This document shows, piece after piece, positions 28,636-37,949 of a stretch of 64,000 bases of DNA (position 1 is its first letter; each line of letters begins with the position of its first letter). The stretch spans positions 1,328 to 65,327 of the forward strand of contig JABGQS010000011.1 in assembly GCA_018648645.1 (NCBI GenBank), written 5' to 3'. The notes beneath the pieces were generated by a model. The model ran no database searches, was not told the DNA's origin, and worked only from the letters and a program-made list of their open reading frames with translations. A program made the position numbers and the translations under genes. The DNA comes from Clostridia bacterium (lineage in GTDB: Bacteria; Bacillota; Clostridia; Christensenellales; SZUA-584).

Positions 28636-29643
28636 ATGAAAAAAGCTTATCTCTTTTCAATACTGTTGCTCATTGCTGTGCTTATCTGTACCTCTTGTGT
28701 CAGGACCGGAAGCGTTACCAACTATTATAAAAACGAGGAAATTGAAAAGGGCGTCGTTGACGAGATTGCAGCCCTTGATAACCTGTTGATTGAGAGCATT
28801 ATCTCAGGAGATGATAAGACTTTTAATAGCATCTTGAGAAGCGATCTAAGACAGGAAATAGATAAGAACCCATCTTTTTTTAACCTGCTCCGAGAAGCAT
28901 TAAACGATGCTGACTATCGTTATTTTGAAAGATATCATTTGAAAATAAGTACCCTTAATTCTTCAAGCCCGGTTGTCATATTCTCAGATAATAATGACTA
29001 TTCTCTTTCACTCACCGGGAAAGGTGAAATGTTTCTATCAATTATTCTAATACCGCACGGATGTATTGACTCTCTGCTTTTTATTATTTATGACAATAAC
29101 AACGAGGATTGGGAGATTCAAACTATTTATCTCGGAGACTACCAATTCTATGGTATGGATGCAAATGATATGTATAACGAAGCAATACGCTTGAAGAATG
29201 AAAGTCGTATCGTATCAGCTTATCAGTACGCATATTCTTCAGGTTTAATTATTCGCCCCGCTCCTTTCTTTCAGTATACCAATGAGTCAGAAATAATGGA
29301 TGACATGAATGCATTGGTCGAAGAGGTAAACAACACTTATGACTTCCCCATTACTCTTAAGTCTTCGGGTGTTGAAGTATTCGGAATTTCTTCTCAGGTT
29401 ACACAGCAGGATATTGTCCCGGTATTCATGTATTTAACTGAATTCGATGCTGACGGCAGCGAGGAAAGTGCTGCTGCGATAAGGCAGGAAGCTCACCAAA
29501 TTCATGAGGAAGTGATGAACGTGTTCGTTGGTTTAGATCAAGACTTTGATATATTCTTATATAAAGCGTATAATGAGTATCCATCTGACCCGGACAAGGA
29601 ATACTACGCTTACTCAACAATAATCGGACTACCGGAAAAGTAA
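28636..29643 (+). CDS. Hypothetical lipoprotein (markedly AT-rich gene)
   Basis: GGAGG ribosome-binding site. Signal peptide and lipobox 'LICTSC'. No family recognised. Confidence 0.6.
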   Translation: MKKAYLFSILLLIAVLICTSCVRTGSVTNYYKNEEIEKGVVDEIAALDNLLIESIISGDDKTFNSILRSDLRQEIDKNPSFFNLLREALNDADYRYFERYHLKISTLNSSSPVVIFSDNNDYSLSLTGKGEMFLSIILIPHGCIDSLLFIIYDNNNEDWEIQTIYLGDYQFYGMDANDMYNEAIRLKNESRIVSAYQYAYSSGLIIRPAPFFQYTNESEIMDDMNALVEEVNNTYDFPITLKSSGVEVFGISSQVTQQDIVPVFMYLTEFDADGSEESAAAIRQEAHQIHEEVMNVFVGLDQDFDIFLYKAYNEYPSDPDKEYYAYSTIIGLPEK

Positions 29644-29756
29644 ATTAAGCATTGTAAGGCGGATAAAACCTGCTTGGTCCATAAAGGCATAGTGTTATTA
29701 GCTTTCCTTGCATTATCCTTTTTAAACATCAAAATATTAACAATCCCCCACCCCCA

Positions 29757-29785
29757 TTGACGCCACACCGGCAAAACTGTATTAT
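29757..29785 (+). promoter_or_regulatory. Sigma-A-type promoter for the SpoIID-dockerin/cohesin pair
   Basis: TTGACG (29757-29762), 17-nt spacer, TATTAT (29780-29785). Confidence 0.5.
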
Positions 29786-29819
29786 TATAATACGTCAAAT
29801 TCCTTATAAAGGATACACT

Positions 29820-31568
29820 TTGAGAGACAGCAAAAGAATTATAACGTTCATACTCGTCCTTGTGCTGGCGGTCGCAATGCTGATTGGCACCGGCCCTGCT
29901 TACGCCGCCGCTTACTATACCGATGTGCGCGTTCTTCTTTCGGTAGACGGCAATAAGTCTGTCGATATCGAGCTGATTGGTGAATACTACCTCAACGAGG
30001 ACCCGAGCTTTGAGTTCGAGTCCAGAGAGCTGACTATATCGATGGTTGGCAGCAGACCGCTTCTCACATCGGGCGGCAACACTTTTACTGCGTCTTCGAT
30101 AACGCTGATGAGCGGCGACTACGACGGAACTTCCTCGTATATCAGGCTCACTAACTCCAGATACGGAGTAAGCACTTACCTCGGTAACATGACTTTCGAC
30201 ATCAGCGGCGGCGACATTCGTGTCATCAACACTTTACCGATAGAGCACTATTTATACGGCGTTGTGCCTTATGAGATGAGCAACACTTTTCCGATTGAGT
30301 CGCTGAAAGCACAGGCTGTCTGTGCGCGGGGCTACGCGGTGGCAAACTGTTCGAAATATCGACTGCGCCCGTACGACATTCTGGACACCTCAGCCGACCA
30401 GGTTTACCACGGCTATGCCAGCAAATATACGCGGGCAATTGCCGCAGTTGATGAAACTTTCGGGCAGATACTCACTTACGACGGCGATATCATCCAAGCA
30501 TACTACGCTGCCAGCAACGGCGGGCAGACCGAGCTCACGGGAAATGTGTGGTCTAGCAATCTGCCCTATTATGTGCAGAGAGATGACATCTATGACATAG
30601 AAAACCCTCACAGCTTGGAGGAAAAGTCCTTTGTTCCAGCGCAGTTTAGCGAGCAAACTATCGCGCTTATGGACCCGCTGGTTCTGATAATGCTGCAGCA
30701 AGGCGCAGACAAAGCCGCGGGAGCGCAGGTCACATTGCTCGGCACCGTGCGAATAAAAGCGCATTCCGCGATTTATGACCCGCCCAGCCGTCTATATACG
30801 CAAGCTGATGTCACTCTTATGGTCGCTGCGGGTGACGGCGAACAAGGGCAGGTTACGTTCACTATATCGCTTGACGACCTCGTAGAAACGGACGACAATC
30901 CTGACGGCATTTTTAATACCGGCAAGAGAACCCTTCGTTTGCGCAGCGCGCAGCCGGGCGTGCTCACCACGGACGGCAACGAGTATGACGGGTGGTTTAT
31001 CACCAATCGGCGCTACGGTCACGGCGTAGGCATGAGCCAGCGCGGCGCAGAACAGCGCGCCTTCTTTGGGCAAACCTATTCACAGATACTCGATTTTTAT
31101 TATGCGGACACGGCAATTCGCTCTATAGGCAGCTTTGAGACTGCCCCAACACTTTCGAGCGAAACATATACCATTTCTGCTGTCGGCGTCAGCGGCATTG
31201 CTCCGGGTACAGCTTCGGACGAGCTACTTGACGGAATTTCCACAACTGAGGGCGGCATTATCGTCATCTCATCAACAGGCACCGAGAAAACGAACTCTCT
31301 GCTGAAAACCGGCGATTTTGTACGGACGGTGTACGGCGAGAGCGACTCATATTTTGACCTGCCCGTCCTGATTTTCGGCGATATAGACGGCAACGGCAAA
31401 ATAACGCAGGGCGATCTCGACACGCTTTCTGCGCACCTGCTGAATACCAACAGGCTGACAGGTGTATATCTAAACGCGGCAGACGTCAACCACGACAACG
31501 CAGTAGACAGTCTCGACATTTTGCTGCTGCTAAAGCATATACAAGGCAACTTTTCGATAGAGCAATAA
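29820..31568 (+). CDS. SpoIID/LytB-domain protein with a C-terminal type-I-like dockerin
   Basis: SpoIID motifs 'IEHYLYGVVPYEM', 'KAQAVCARGYA', 'YYAASNGGQTE', 'GHGVGMSQRGA'. Dockerin duplicated calcium loops 'GDIDGNGKITQGDLDTL' and 'ADVNHDNAVDSLDILLL'. TTG 29820 follows an AAAGGA ribosome-binding site. The ORF-track start at 29757 coincides with the -35 box. Confidence 0.85.
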   Translation: MRDSKRIITFILVLVLAVAMLIGTGPAYAAAYYTDVRVLLSVDGNKSVDIELIGEYYLNEDPSFEFESRELTISMVGSRPLLTSGGNTFTASSITLMSGDYDGTSSYIRLTNSRYGVSTYLGNMTFDISGGDIRVINTLPIEHYLYGVVPYEMSNTFPIESLKAQAVCARGYAVANCSKYRLRPYDILDTSADQVYHGYASKYTRAIAAVDETFGQILTYDGDIIQAYYAASNGGQTELTGNVWSSNLPYYVQRDDIYDIENPHSLEEKSFVPAQFSEQTIALMDPLVLIMLQQGADKAAGAQVTLLGTVRIKAHSAIYDPPSRLYTQADVTLMVAAGDGEQGQVTFTISLDDLVETDDNPDGIFNTGKRTLRLRSAQPGVLTTDGNEYDGWFITNRRYGHGVGMSQRGAEQRAFFGQTYSQILDFYYADTAIRSIGSFETAPTLSSETYTISAVGVSGIAPGTASDELLDGISTTEGGIIVISSTGTEKTNSLLKTGDFVRTVYGESDSYFDLPVLIFGDIDGNGKITQGDLDTLSAHLLNTNRLTGVYLNAADVNHDNAVDSLDILLLLKHIQGNFSIEQ

Positions 31569-31581
31569 GGGGGAAATCCAA

Positions 31582-32811
31582 TTGAAAGCACACTTAAAAG
31601 TGAAAAGAATTCTCGCCACTATAATAGTACTGATTATATTAGCCGCGCTGCCGACACTCGCGTTTGCCGCCGATATCAACGTCGCTGCAGATACGACATC
31701 GGTGCAGGTCGGAGACAATGTAACCGTTACCGTGACTGTGCAGGCAGACCATATCGCAGTTGCAGACGGCGTGTTTACATACGACCCTTCGCTGCTGTCA
31801 TACATCAGCAGCACGGGCGGTGCATCGGACGGTTATATCAACCTCGTTTCGCTGCAGGAAGGCGGCAGCTCATCACTTACCACCGTAATCAAATTTGCTG
31901 CCATCGGCGATGGCGAAGCGATAATCGACGTATCTATCGAAAACACGCTCAGTTATGACGGAGAGAGTCTTGGAAGCGCGCAGGCGGGCGTCAGCATAAC
32001 CGTAGCTTCTTCGGGCGACTCGTCAGAAACGGACGGAGACACAAGCGCTGTCCTCGACTTGTCACAAACAGGGATTTTAGCGCAAAACGTGCTCGGCACC
32101 GATGCGCAAATGTACATCTGGCCCTCACTACGAAACCTGTCACTGCCCTCCGGCTTTACAGATCGGCAAGTTACCTACAACGATGAGTATGTGGGCGGTG
32201 CGGCGATCCCCGACATCGAAGATATATTGCTGCTGTACTTGTCAGAAACAGCGGGCGAGAACGCAGGTTACTATATTTACGATCAAATCAATGATGTATT
32301 TTTCCCATACCTGACAGTGACTTCGATATCCGCAAAGTTCACACTTCTTTGGCCGAACGAGAGCATAGAAGTCCCGGAAGGCTTTGAGCAAACTACGCTG
32401 ACTATTGGCGAGCGGCAAATGCCCGCATGGACATATCCGGGCCCCAGCGAGTCAGTTTATCTCGTATACGTACGCAGCGCATCAGGCGAGGTAGGATTCT
32501 ATCTGTACAACACGGAGGACAGATCGCTCCAGCGCTATGATGCAAATGCGCAGCAAAGCCCAGAGCCGGCGGCAACCCCGCAGCCCTCGCCGACAGCAGC
32601 GCCTACGGCAACTCCTGCACCCACGCAGGTCGCCGATAAGCAAACGGACACAGCTGTAAAAATTGAGCCCGCTATTCTCATAGTTGTGCTTGCAGCATGT
32701 GCGTTGTTTGCAGTTGCAGCCATCGTTTTTGCGCTGCTGTACTTGCGCAGTTCATCGCGCCAAAAGAAGGAGCGGAAAAAGTCCATACATATCAAGAAGG
32801 CTGATTTATAA
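31582..32811 (+). CDS. Cohesin-like domain protein with a Pro-rich stalk and C-terminal TM anchor
   Basis: A signal peptide is followed by 'VQVGDNVTVTVTVQADHIAVADGVFTYDPSLLSYIS...AIIDVSIEN', a cohesin-type beta-sandwich pattern. C-terminal 'PEPAATPQPSPTAAPTATPAPT' stalk, TM helix and KKERKK stop-transfer sequence. Confidence 0.65.
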   Translation: MKAHLKVKRILATIIVLIILAALPTLAFAADINVAADTTSVQVGDNVTVTVTVQADHIAVADGVFTYDPSLLSYISSTGGASDGYINLVSLQEGGSSSLTTVIKFAAIGDGEAIIDVSIENTLSYDGESLGSAQAGVSITVASSGDSSETDGDTSAVLDLSQTGILAQNVLGTDAQMYIWPSLRNLSLPSGFTDRQVTYNDEYVGGAAIPDIEDILLLYLSETAGENAGYYIYDQINDVFFPYLTVTSISAKFTLLWPNESIEVPEGFEQTTLTIGERQMPAWTYPGPSESVYLVYVRSASGEVGFYLYNTEDRSLQRYDANAQQSPEPAATPQPSPTAAPTATPAPTQVADKQTDTAVKIEPAILIVVLAACALFAVAAIVFALLYLRSSSRQKKERKKSIHIKKADL

Positions 32812-32918
32812 ACTTCCGCATTGACTGATTCTGTCACTGCGTAGACTCTCGGCTCAGTCGCATATTGATATCTCGCCCGATAAATGATAAAATAAGGCAA
32901 ATGTTGAGGTGAGCGCAT

Positions 32919-33263
32919 ATGGGTGTCGATATCGGCGGCAAGGTCAAGAGTATTAGGCAGAGCAAAGCAATAACGCAAAGCGAGCTGGCAAAACGCTCGG
33001 GCGTAGCGCAGTCGACACTGTCATATATCGAAAAAGGCGCTAAGCACCCGCGCTTTAACACGCTGTCCGCAATATGCAAAGGGCTGGGAGTAAGCGTTTT
33101 CGAGCTTCTGTCGTACGGCGAGAAGGCAAGCCGCACCAAGTTGTTTGAAGCACAGCTTAACGCCATTTCGCAGGGACAGACGGTGGGCGATACGCAAAGC
33201 AGCTACGATCTCGAAAAATATCTGTACGAAAAGCTGATACAATTGGACGACAATAGCGAATAG
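32919..33263 (+). CDS. XRE-family HTH transcriptional regulator
   Basis: 'ITQSELAKRSGVAQSTLSYIEKG' Cro/C1-type HTH. Confidence 0.85.
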   Translation: MGVDIGGKVKSIRQSKAITQSELAKRSGVAQSTLSYIEKGAKHPRFNTLSAICKGLGVSVFELLSYGEKASRTKLFEAQLNAISQGQTVGDTQSSYDLEKYLYEKLIQLDDNSE

Positions 33264-33283
33264 TTACGATGTGAGGAGGGCGT

Positions 33284-34117
33284 ATGACAATATACACACT
33301 TATCGAGAACACCAAGCCTAAAGGCTCCGCATTTTTGTGCGAGCACGGGTTATCATTATACTTCGAGCATAATAAAAAGCGCATTTTGTTTGACACCGGC
33401 TCATCCGACACGTTCATTTATAACGCAACGCTGCTCGGTATCGATCTGGCGAAGGTCGACGTCTGCGTAATCTCGCACGGGCACTTTGACCACGCGGGCG
33501 GTCTTTCGTATTTTCTAAACATCAATACGAAAGCAGCGGTGTATATGAAGCGCACCGCGCAGTGCGACCTATACACAAAGAAGCTGTTTCGCACTATGCA
33601 GATGGGTATGCCGCAAAGCTTTTTCGAAAAGTACGGCGAGCGCATCACTTTTATCGATGACGATACGCAAATAGCTGACGGCGTGTTTGCCGCCAACATC
33701 AACAAGTATCGCAGCTATCCGCAGCACGTTTCTGCGATGTACTGCGACCAAAACGGAAAGCTGGCTCACGACGATTTGTCGCACGAACTGTTTATTACAG
33801 TGAAAGCAAAAGAAGGGCTCATAGTGCTGACCGGCTGTTCGCATCACGGGCTGATCAACATTTTGCAAACGGCACAAGAGAATTACGGCGAAGTATACGC
33901 GGTTTTCGGCGGGTTCCATCTTGGCGGTTTCAAAGTTTTGGGAGTTCGCGCAAAAAGAGAATCGTCGTCCGAAATTCGCGCTATTGCCAAATATTTCGAC
34001 AAAAACGGTATCAAAAAAGTATACACAGGGCACTGCACGGGCGAGCGCCCTTTCGAAAAGCTGTCGATGCTTTCTCGCACTAAAAAAATGCAGGCGGGAG
34101 ACATTATAAAGGTGTAA
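33284..34117 (+). CDS. MBL-fold metallo-hydrolase
   Basis: 'ISHGHFDHAGG' (HxHxDH) motif and a later 'GCSHHG'. Confidence 0.85.
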   Translation: MTIYTLIENTKPKGSAFLCEHGLSLYFEHNKKRILFDTGSSDTFIYNATLLGIDLAKVDVCVISHGHFDHAGGLSYFLNINTKAAVYMKRTAQCDLYTKKLFRTMQMGMPQSFFEKYGERITFIDDDTQIADGVFAANINKYRSYPQHVSAMYCDQNGKLAHDDLSHELFITVKAKEGLIVLTGCSHHGLINILQTAQENYGEVYAVFGGFHLGGFKVLGVRAKRESSSEIRAIAKYFDKNGIKKVYTGHCTGERPFEKLSMLSRTKKMQAGDIIKV

Positions 34118-34119
34118 CT

Positions 34120-34380
34120 ATGGATGAGATGAAAGCAAGAATTGCGGACATGGTGTCGAGCATGGAGTTCGACCGCAAAAAACCTGTAAACAAGCAGACC
34201 AAGCAAGACGTTGCCGATTTGCACGACTCACTCGGCGATGTTCTCAACAGGCTCGATAAACTGCGCCTGTCGCTTTGGCACGCGCAAGAGAGCCGCGACT
34301 ATCGCAGCATCAGCGTCGACCAAGTAAAAGAAGAGTTGGCAAAGGCGCGCGATGAGCTGGACGAGGCGTTGAAGAAGTAG
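34120..34380 (+). CDS. Small hypothetical coiled-coil protein
   Basis: ORF tightly following the MBL gene. Charged and helical in character. Confidence 0.45.
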   Translation: MDEMKARIADMVSSMEFDRKKPVNKQTKQDVADLHDSLGDVLNRLDKLRLSLWHAQESRDYRSISVDQVKEELAKARDELDEALKK

Positions 34381-34415
34381 TTGAATTAACGCAATAGCTG
34401 TAAAGGAGAATTGTC

Positions 34416-34832
34416 ATGAAGCATTCAATATTGAAAGTCACCCTGTGCACGGTCATAATTTTAGTAGTTCTTGTAGTATCTATTGGCTGCACGGCAAGCG
34501 AGTCGCAGGAAGCAACCGAGACGCAGGAATCGGTGCAGACCGATGAGGTGATGCAGACGCAAGAGCAAACGCAAACTCCGGAGGAAACCGAGCCGAAAAT
34601 GTTGAGCCTCACCATAGAAGAGCTGAGCGAGTTCGACGGACAGGACGGGCGCCCCGCTTACATAGCGGTTGACGGCATCATCTACGACGTTTCGATAATC
34701 GCCGCTTGGATGGGCGGAAAACACAAAGAATACTTCGCCGGGCAAGACATCACCGAACCCATCAAAAGCATTTCGCCGCACGGCGTGTCCGTGCTTTCAA
34801 ACCTGCCCGAAGTCGGAACGCTTGTGGAGTAG
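34416..34832 (+). CDS. Cytochrome b5-like heme/steroid-binding domain lipoprotein
   Basis: Lipobox 'SIGC' and 'ELSEFDGQDGRPAYIAVDGIIYDVS' cytochrome-b5-like domain. Confidence 0.7.
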   Translation: MKHSILKVTLCTVIILVVLVVSIGCTASESQEATETQESVQTDEVMQTQEQTQTPEETEPKMLSLTIEELSEFDGQDGRPAYIAVDGIIYDVSIIAAWMGGKHKEYFAGQDITEPIKSISPHGVSVLSNLPEVGTLVE

Positions 34833-34864
34833 GGTACTAGATAGCTGATAAATGTTTTTGTATA

Positions 34865-34897
34865 AAAAAGACTTGCCTCTCAGCAAGTCTTTTTTCA
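34865..34897. terminator. Bidirectional terminator
   Basis: aaaaaagacttgc-ctctca-gcaagtctttttt. Confidence 0.75.
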
Positions 34898-34920
34898 TTC
34901 CAATATCTATAACCAAACGG

Positions 34921-36261
34921 CTACAGCGTGTCTTTGCGCTTGCCGCCGCCTTTTTTCTTGTTTCGGTGCAGAAGAATCGGTACTGTAATTGCCGCTGCGA
35001 CTACCAGCAGCCCCAGCGCGCCGATAATGATATACAGCGCGAGGTTTTCTATGGGTTCGGGTTCTTGCTGTGCCGCGTTTTGCTCCGCTTCGCCCGACGA
35101 TTCAGCGCTTTGCACAGTCGATGACGGTAGTGGCGATGGCGTCACGGTCGGGGCGGCTGTCTCTTCCGTCTCGGTTACAGCAGGCATCGGGGTTTCCTCC
35201 GGCTCTATGACGGTAATGCGAACGCTATTTGTCTCTTTAGATTCGCTCTCGCCACCTAAGGAGGCTATTACTACATAGCTTACATCAGTCGTTTCGAATA
35301 TGTGTGCATTTAGTCTTGCGTAGCCCTCGCCACCGGTTGGATAAGTTCCAAGCGTTGCCACAAGACTTCCTTCAGCATCTCTTATCTCGAAAGAAGTGTT
35401 GTCGTCGCCGGTGTTTGTAAACTCTGCCAAAAACTCGACCTCCTCGCCTGCCTCTATCTCTGTCTTGTCGGCTGAAAGTACGCAGTCAAAATCTATGTCG
35501 GGTTCGGGCGCGCGTACTTCGAGAAGCACCAAATAATCCGCCTCGGCGTATCTCTGCCCCATCATTGTATAGGCAACGCTGTACCCAACCTCACACATCC
35601 CTACGTCCTGCTCCGTGAATGTATGCGTCATCACCACTTCAGCGCTTGACTCAGGCATAATCATTGCGAAGTGCTCTGTCTGCCTGGTTTCTCGTATCGG
35701 GTTTGCAGAATGGAAAAGAGCGTGCGCATCAACGTCTGTTGCAGCATTTGCTTCAAACTTATTATGAAAGCTGTAAGTCAGCGTTATGGTCTGCCCCAAA
35801 AGATAGTACTCGGAATCAGGCGATATCGATACTGTGCCGTCAAAAATATCGTGCGTTCCCTCAACCCGAATAGTGCGCACCCAAGTGCCGTCCCAATTAC
35901 TGTCAGCATCATTTTCGATTTTTACTGTCAGCAGCTTGTCCGCATTTACGTCATCTCTGCCAAACGGTACTTCGAACAGCAGCCATGGGGTTGTAGTGCC
36001 AACAGCTATCGTTCTGACTCTATCATATCGGTAACCGTCCATAGTGGTCACTTCGACACGGATTGCCGTAATCGGCGTCAGTCCTTCGTTGTGCACCCGC
36101 AGACGAATCCCAATATCCGCGCCCTTATAGCCGACCACCTCCGGTGTGATTGTATAATCAACATCAAAGTCATCTATACTCGCGCTTGCGGGCATGGGCG
36201 CGGCCAAGCAAACAGCAAGCAAAAGTACCATCGCCAATATTACAAAAACCGTTTTTTTCAT
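34921..36261 (-). CDS. Type-I membrane-anchored surface protein with repeated Ig/CARDB-like domains (paralog 1)
   Basis: Signal peptide 'MKKTVFVILAMVLLLAVCLAAPMPASA'. Beta-rich domains with the 'V.V.N.G' pattern. Pro/Thr stalk, TM helix 'LYIIIGALGLLVVAAAITVPILL', basic tail. ORF open to 36378. Confidence 0.75.
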   Translation of the reverse strand: MKKTVFVILAMVLLLAVCLAAPMPASASIDDFDVDYTITPEVVGYKGADIGIRLRVHNEGLTPITAIRVEVTTMDGYRYDRVRTIAVGTTTPWLLFEVPFGRDDVNADKLLTVKIENDADSNWDGTWVRTIRVEGTHDIFDGTVSISPDSEYYLLGQTITLTYSFHNKFEANAATDVDAHALFHSANPIRETRQTEHFAMIMPESSAEVVMTHTFTEQDVGMCEVGYSVAYTMMGQRYAEADYLVLLEVRAPEPDIDFDCVLSADKTEIEAGEEVEFLAEFTNTGDDNTSFEIRDAEGSLVATLGTYPTGGEGYARLNAHIFETTDVSYVVIASLGGESESKETNSVRITVIEPEETPMPAVTETEETAAPTVTPSPLPSSTVQSAESSGEAEQNAAQQEPEPIENLALYIIIGALGLLVVAAAITVPILLHRNKKKGGGKRKDTL

Positions 36262-36420
36262 AGGAATGCTCCAAAGACTGTATTGCGTATGTCCAGAGCG
36301 CAAGTTGACGAAAGTTTCAGTTAAATAATTATACCTTATTATACCATATGCAGCGAATAACAACAACGCAGCGGGCAAAGCTAAAGACTTGAAATAACGC
36401 AGGTCTTTGCTTGTTTTGTG

Positions 36421-37785
36421 CTATAGTGTATCTTTGCGTTTGTCCGTGGCTTTCTTTTTGCCTCTATGCAGCAGAATCGGTACTGTTATTGCCGCAGCGA
36501 TGACGAGCAGCCCCAGCGCGCCGATGATGATATACAGCGCGAGGTTTTCTATAGGTTCAGCTTCTTGTTGTGCCGCGTTTTGCTCCGCCTCACCCGGCGA
36601 TTCAGCGCTTTGCACTGTCGATGACGGCGGTGGCGATGGCGTCATGGCCGGGGCGGTTGTCACAGTCTGCGTCTCGGTTACAGCAGGCGCCAGGGCTTCC
36701 TCCGGGTCTCTGACGGTGATGCGCACGGTGTTGGTTTCCTGCGAGTCACTGTTGCCAAAGTCGTCCGCGCAAATCACGACATAGCTGACATCGGTCGTTT
36801 CGAATATATGCGCTGTGGTCACAAACGAGCGCGTTCCGCCAACGGGTATGGGCGGCAGCACGTCTATCAAACCGCCTTCCGCGTTTCGCAGCTCGATGCC
36901 GCTCAGCGTAGTTTCTCCTGTGTCGGTAACGTCGGTGGTAAAGGTAACCTCGTCACCTGCGTCGATGGTCGTCGGCGAAGCGCTAAGCACAGCCTCAAAA
37001 TCGAACTCGAGAGGCGGCAGCACATCAAACGTAATCCAAGTTCCTCGCGCCGTAGAATAGCTTCTTCCCATCATCGTGTATGACATATGACAAATGACCT
37101 CTACCTCCCCCACATCGTCGTCAGTAAAAGTATAATTGAAAAATGTTGTAACTGTCCCTTCGGGCATCACGACTCCGTGGCTGTCTAGCGTTGTGGCATA
37201 GGCTACATCACCGTCAACGAATAAAAAAAGCTCGGTTGTCATACCCGTGGCTGCATGCGCCGTCATATCGTTTTCCAATGTGTATGAGAAATTCACGCTG
37301 TCACCAACTCGATAAGTATCGCCGCCGGGTGTAGCAATCTTCATAATTCTAAAAACATCATACATGCCTTCAACTTGGAACGTGCGCACCTGTGTCCCAT
37401 CTTTCATATAATCGCCGCTGCCCGGCGCGCTTCCGTCGTTTTCTATGGCAACATAGAGCAGCTTATCGACGTTAACATCCGCCTCATCAAACGGTACATT
37501 GAATGCAACGAGACGCGAATTGCCCGGCGTGATGGTTCCCGTCCACATCTGCTCATATCCCGCTATCGTGGTCACGGTCACTTTAAACCCGGTGATGTTC
37601 GTCGCTCCGTTATTGTGCACACGGATACCGATATTGACATCCGCGCCAAGATACCCAACAAGACTTGGCTCTACAGTATACGTAATGTCAAAATCGTCAT
37701 GCGCTGCTGCTGCGGGCGCGGGCGTAGCAAAGCACACGGCAATCAAAAGTGCCATAGCCAATATTACAAAAAGCGTTTTTTTCAT
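36421..37785 (-). CDS. Type-I membrane-anchored surface protein with repeated Ig/CARDB-like domains (paralog 2)
   Basis: Same architecture as paralog 1. The signal peptide, the stalk-TM-tail region and the upstream leader are near-identical to paralog 1. Confidence 0.75.
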   Translation of the reverse strand: MKKTLFVILAMALLIAVCFATPAPAAAAHDDFDITYTVEPSLVGYLGADVNIGIRVHNNGATNITGFKVTVTTIAGYEQMWTGTITPGNSRLVAFNVPFDEADVNVDKLLYVAIENDGSAPGSGDYMKDGTQVRTFQVEGMYDVFRIMKIATPGGDTYRVGDSVNFSYTLENDMTAHAATGMTTELFLFVDGDVAYATTLDSHGVVMPEGTVTTFFNYTFTDDDVGEVEVICHMSYTMMGRSYSTARGTWITFDVLPPLEFDFEAVLSASPTTIDAGDEVTFTTDVTDTGETTLSGIELRNAEGGLIDVLPPIPVGGTRSFVTTAHIFETTDVSYVVICADDFGNSDSQETNTVRITVRDPEEALAPAVTETQTVTTAPAMTPSPPPSSTVQSAESPGEAEQNAAQQEAEPIENLALYIIIGALGLLVIAAAITVPILLHRGKKKATDKRKDTL

Positions 37786-37949
37786 AGGAATGCTCCAAAG
37801 ACCGTATTGCGTATGTCCATAGCGCGAGTTGATGAATGTTGTGTCAAACTAATAATTATACCTTATTATACCATATGCAAACGCGAATCACAACGATACA
37901 GGCGTACAAAAGACCCGCGCAAATCGCAGGTCTCGATGTTCAAAATTGT

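Noticed and set aside
29757-29819. ORF-track start (TTG 29757) for the SpoIID-dockerin gene
   Set aside because: That TTG is the first half of a TTGACG -35 box with a well-spaced -10 element. TTG 29820 follows an AGGA ribosome-binding site and immediately precedes the signal peptide.
34921-37785. Sortase (LPXTG) anchoring of the surface proteins
   Set aside because: No LPXTG-like motif precedes the C-terminal hydrophobic helix. The helix plus a long basic tail indicates a type-I membrane anchor instead.
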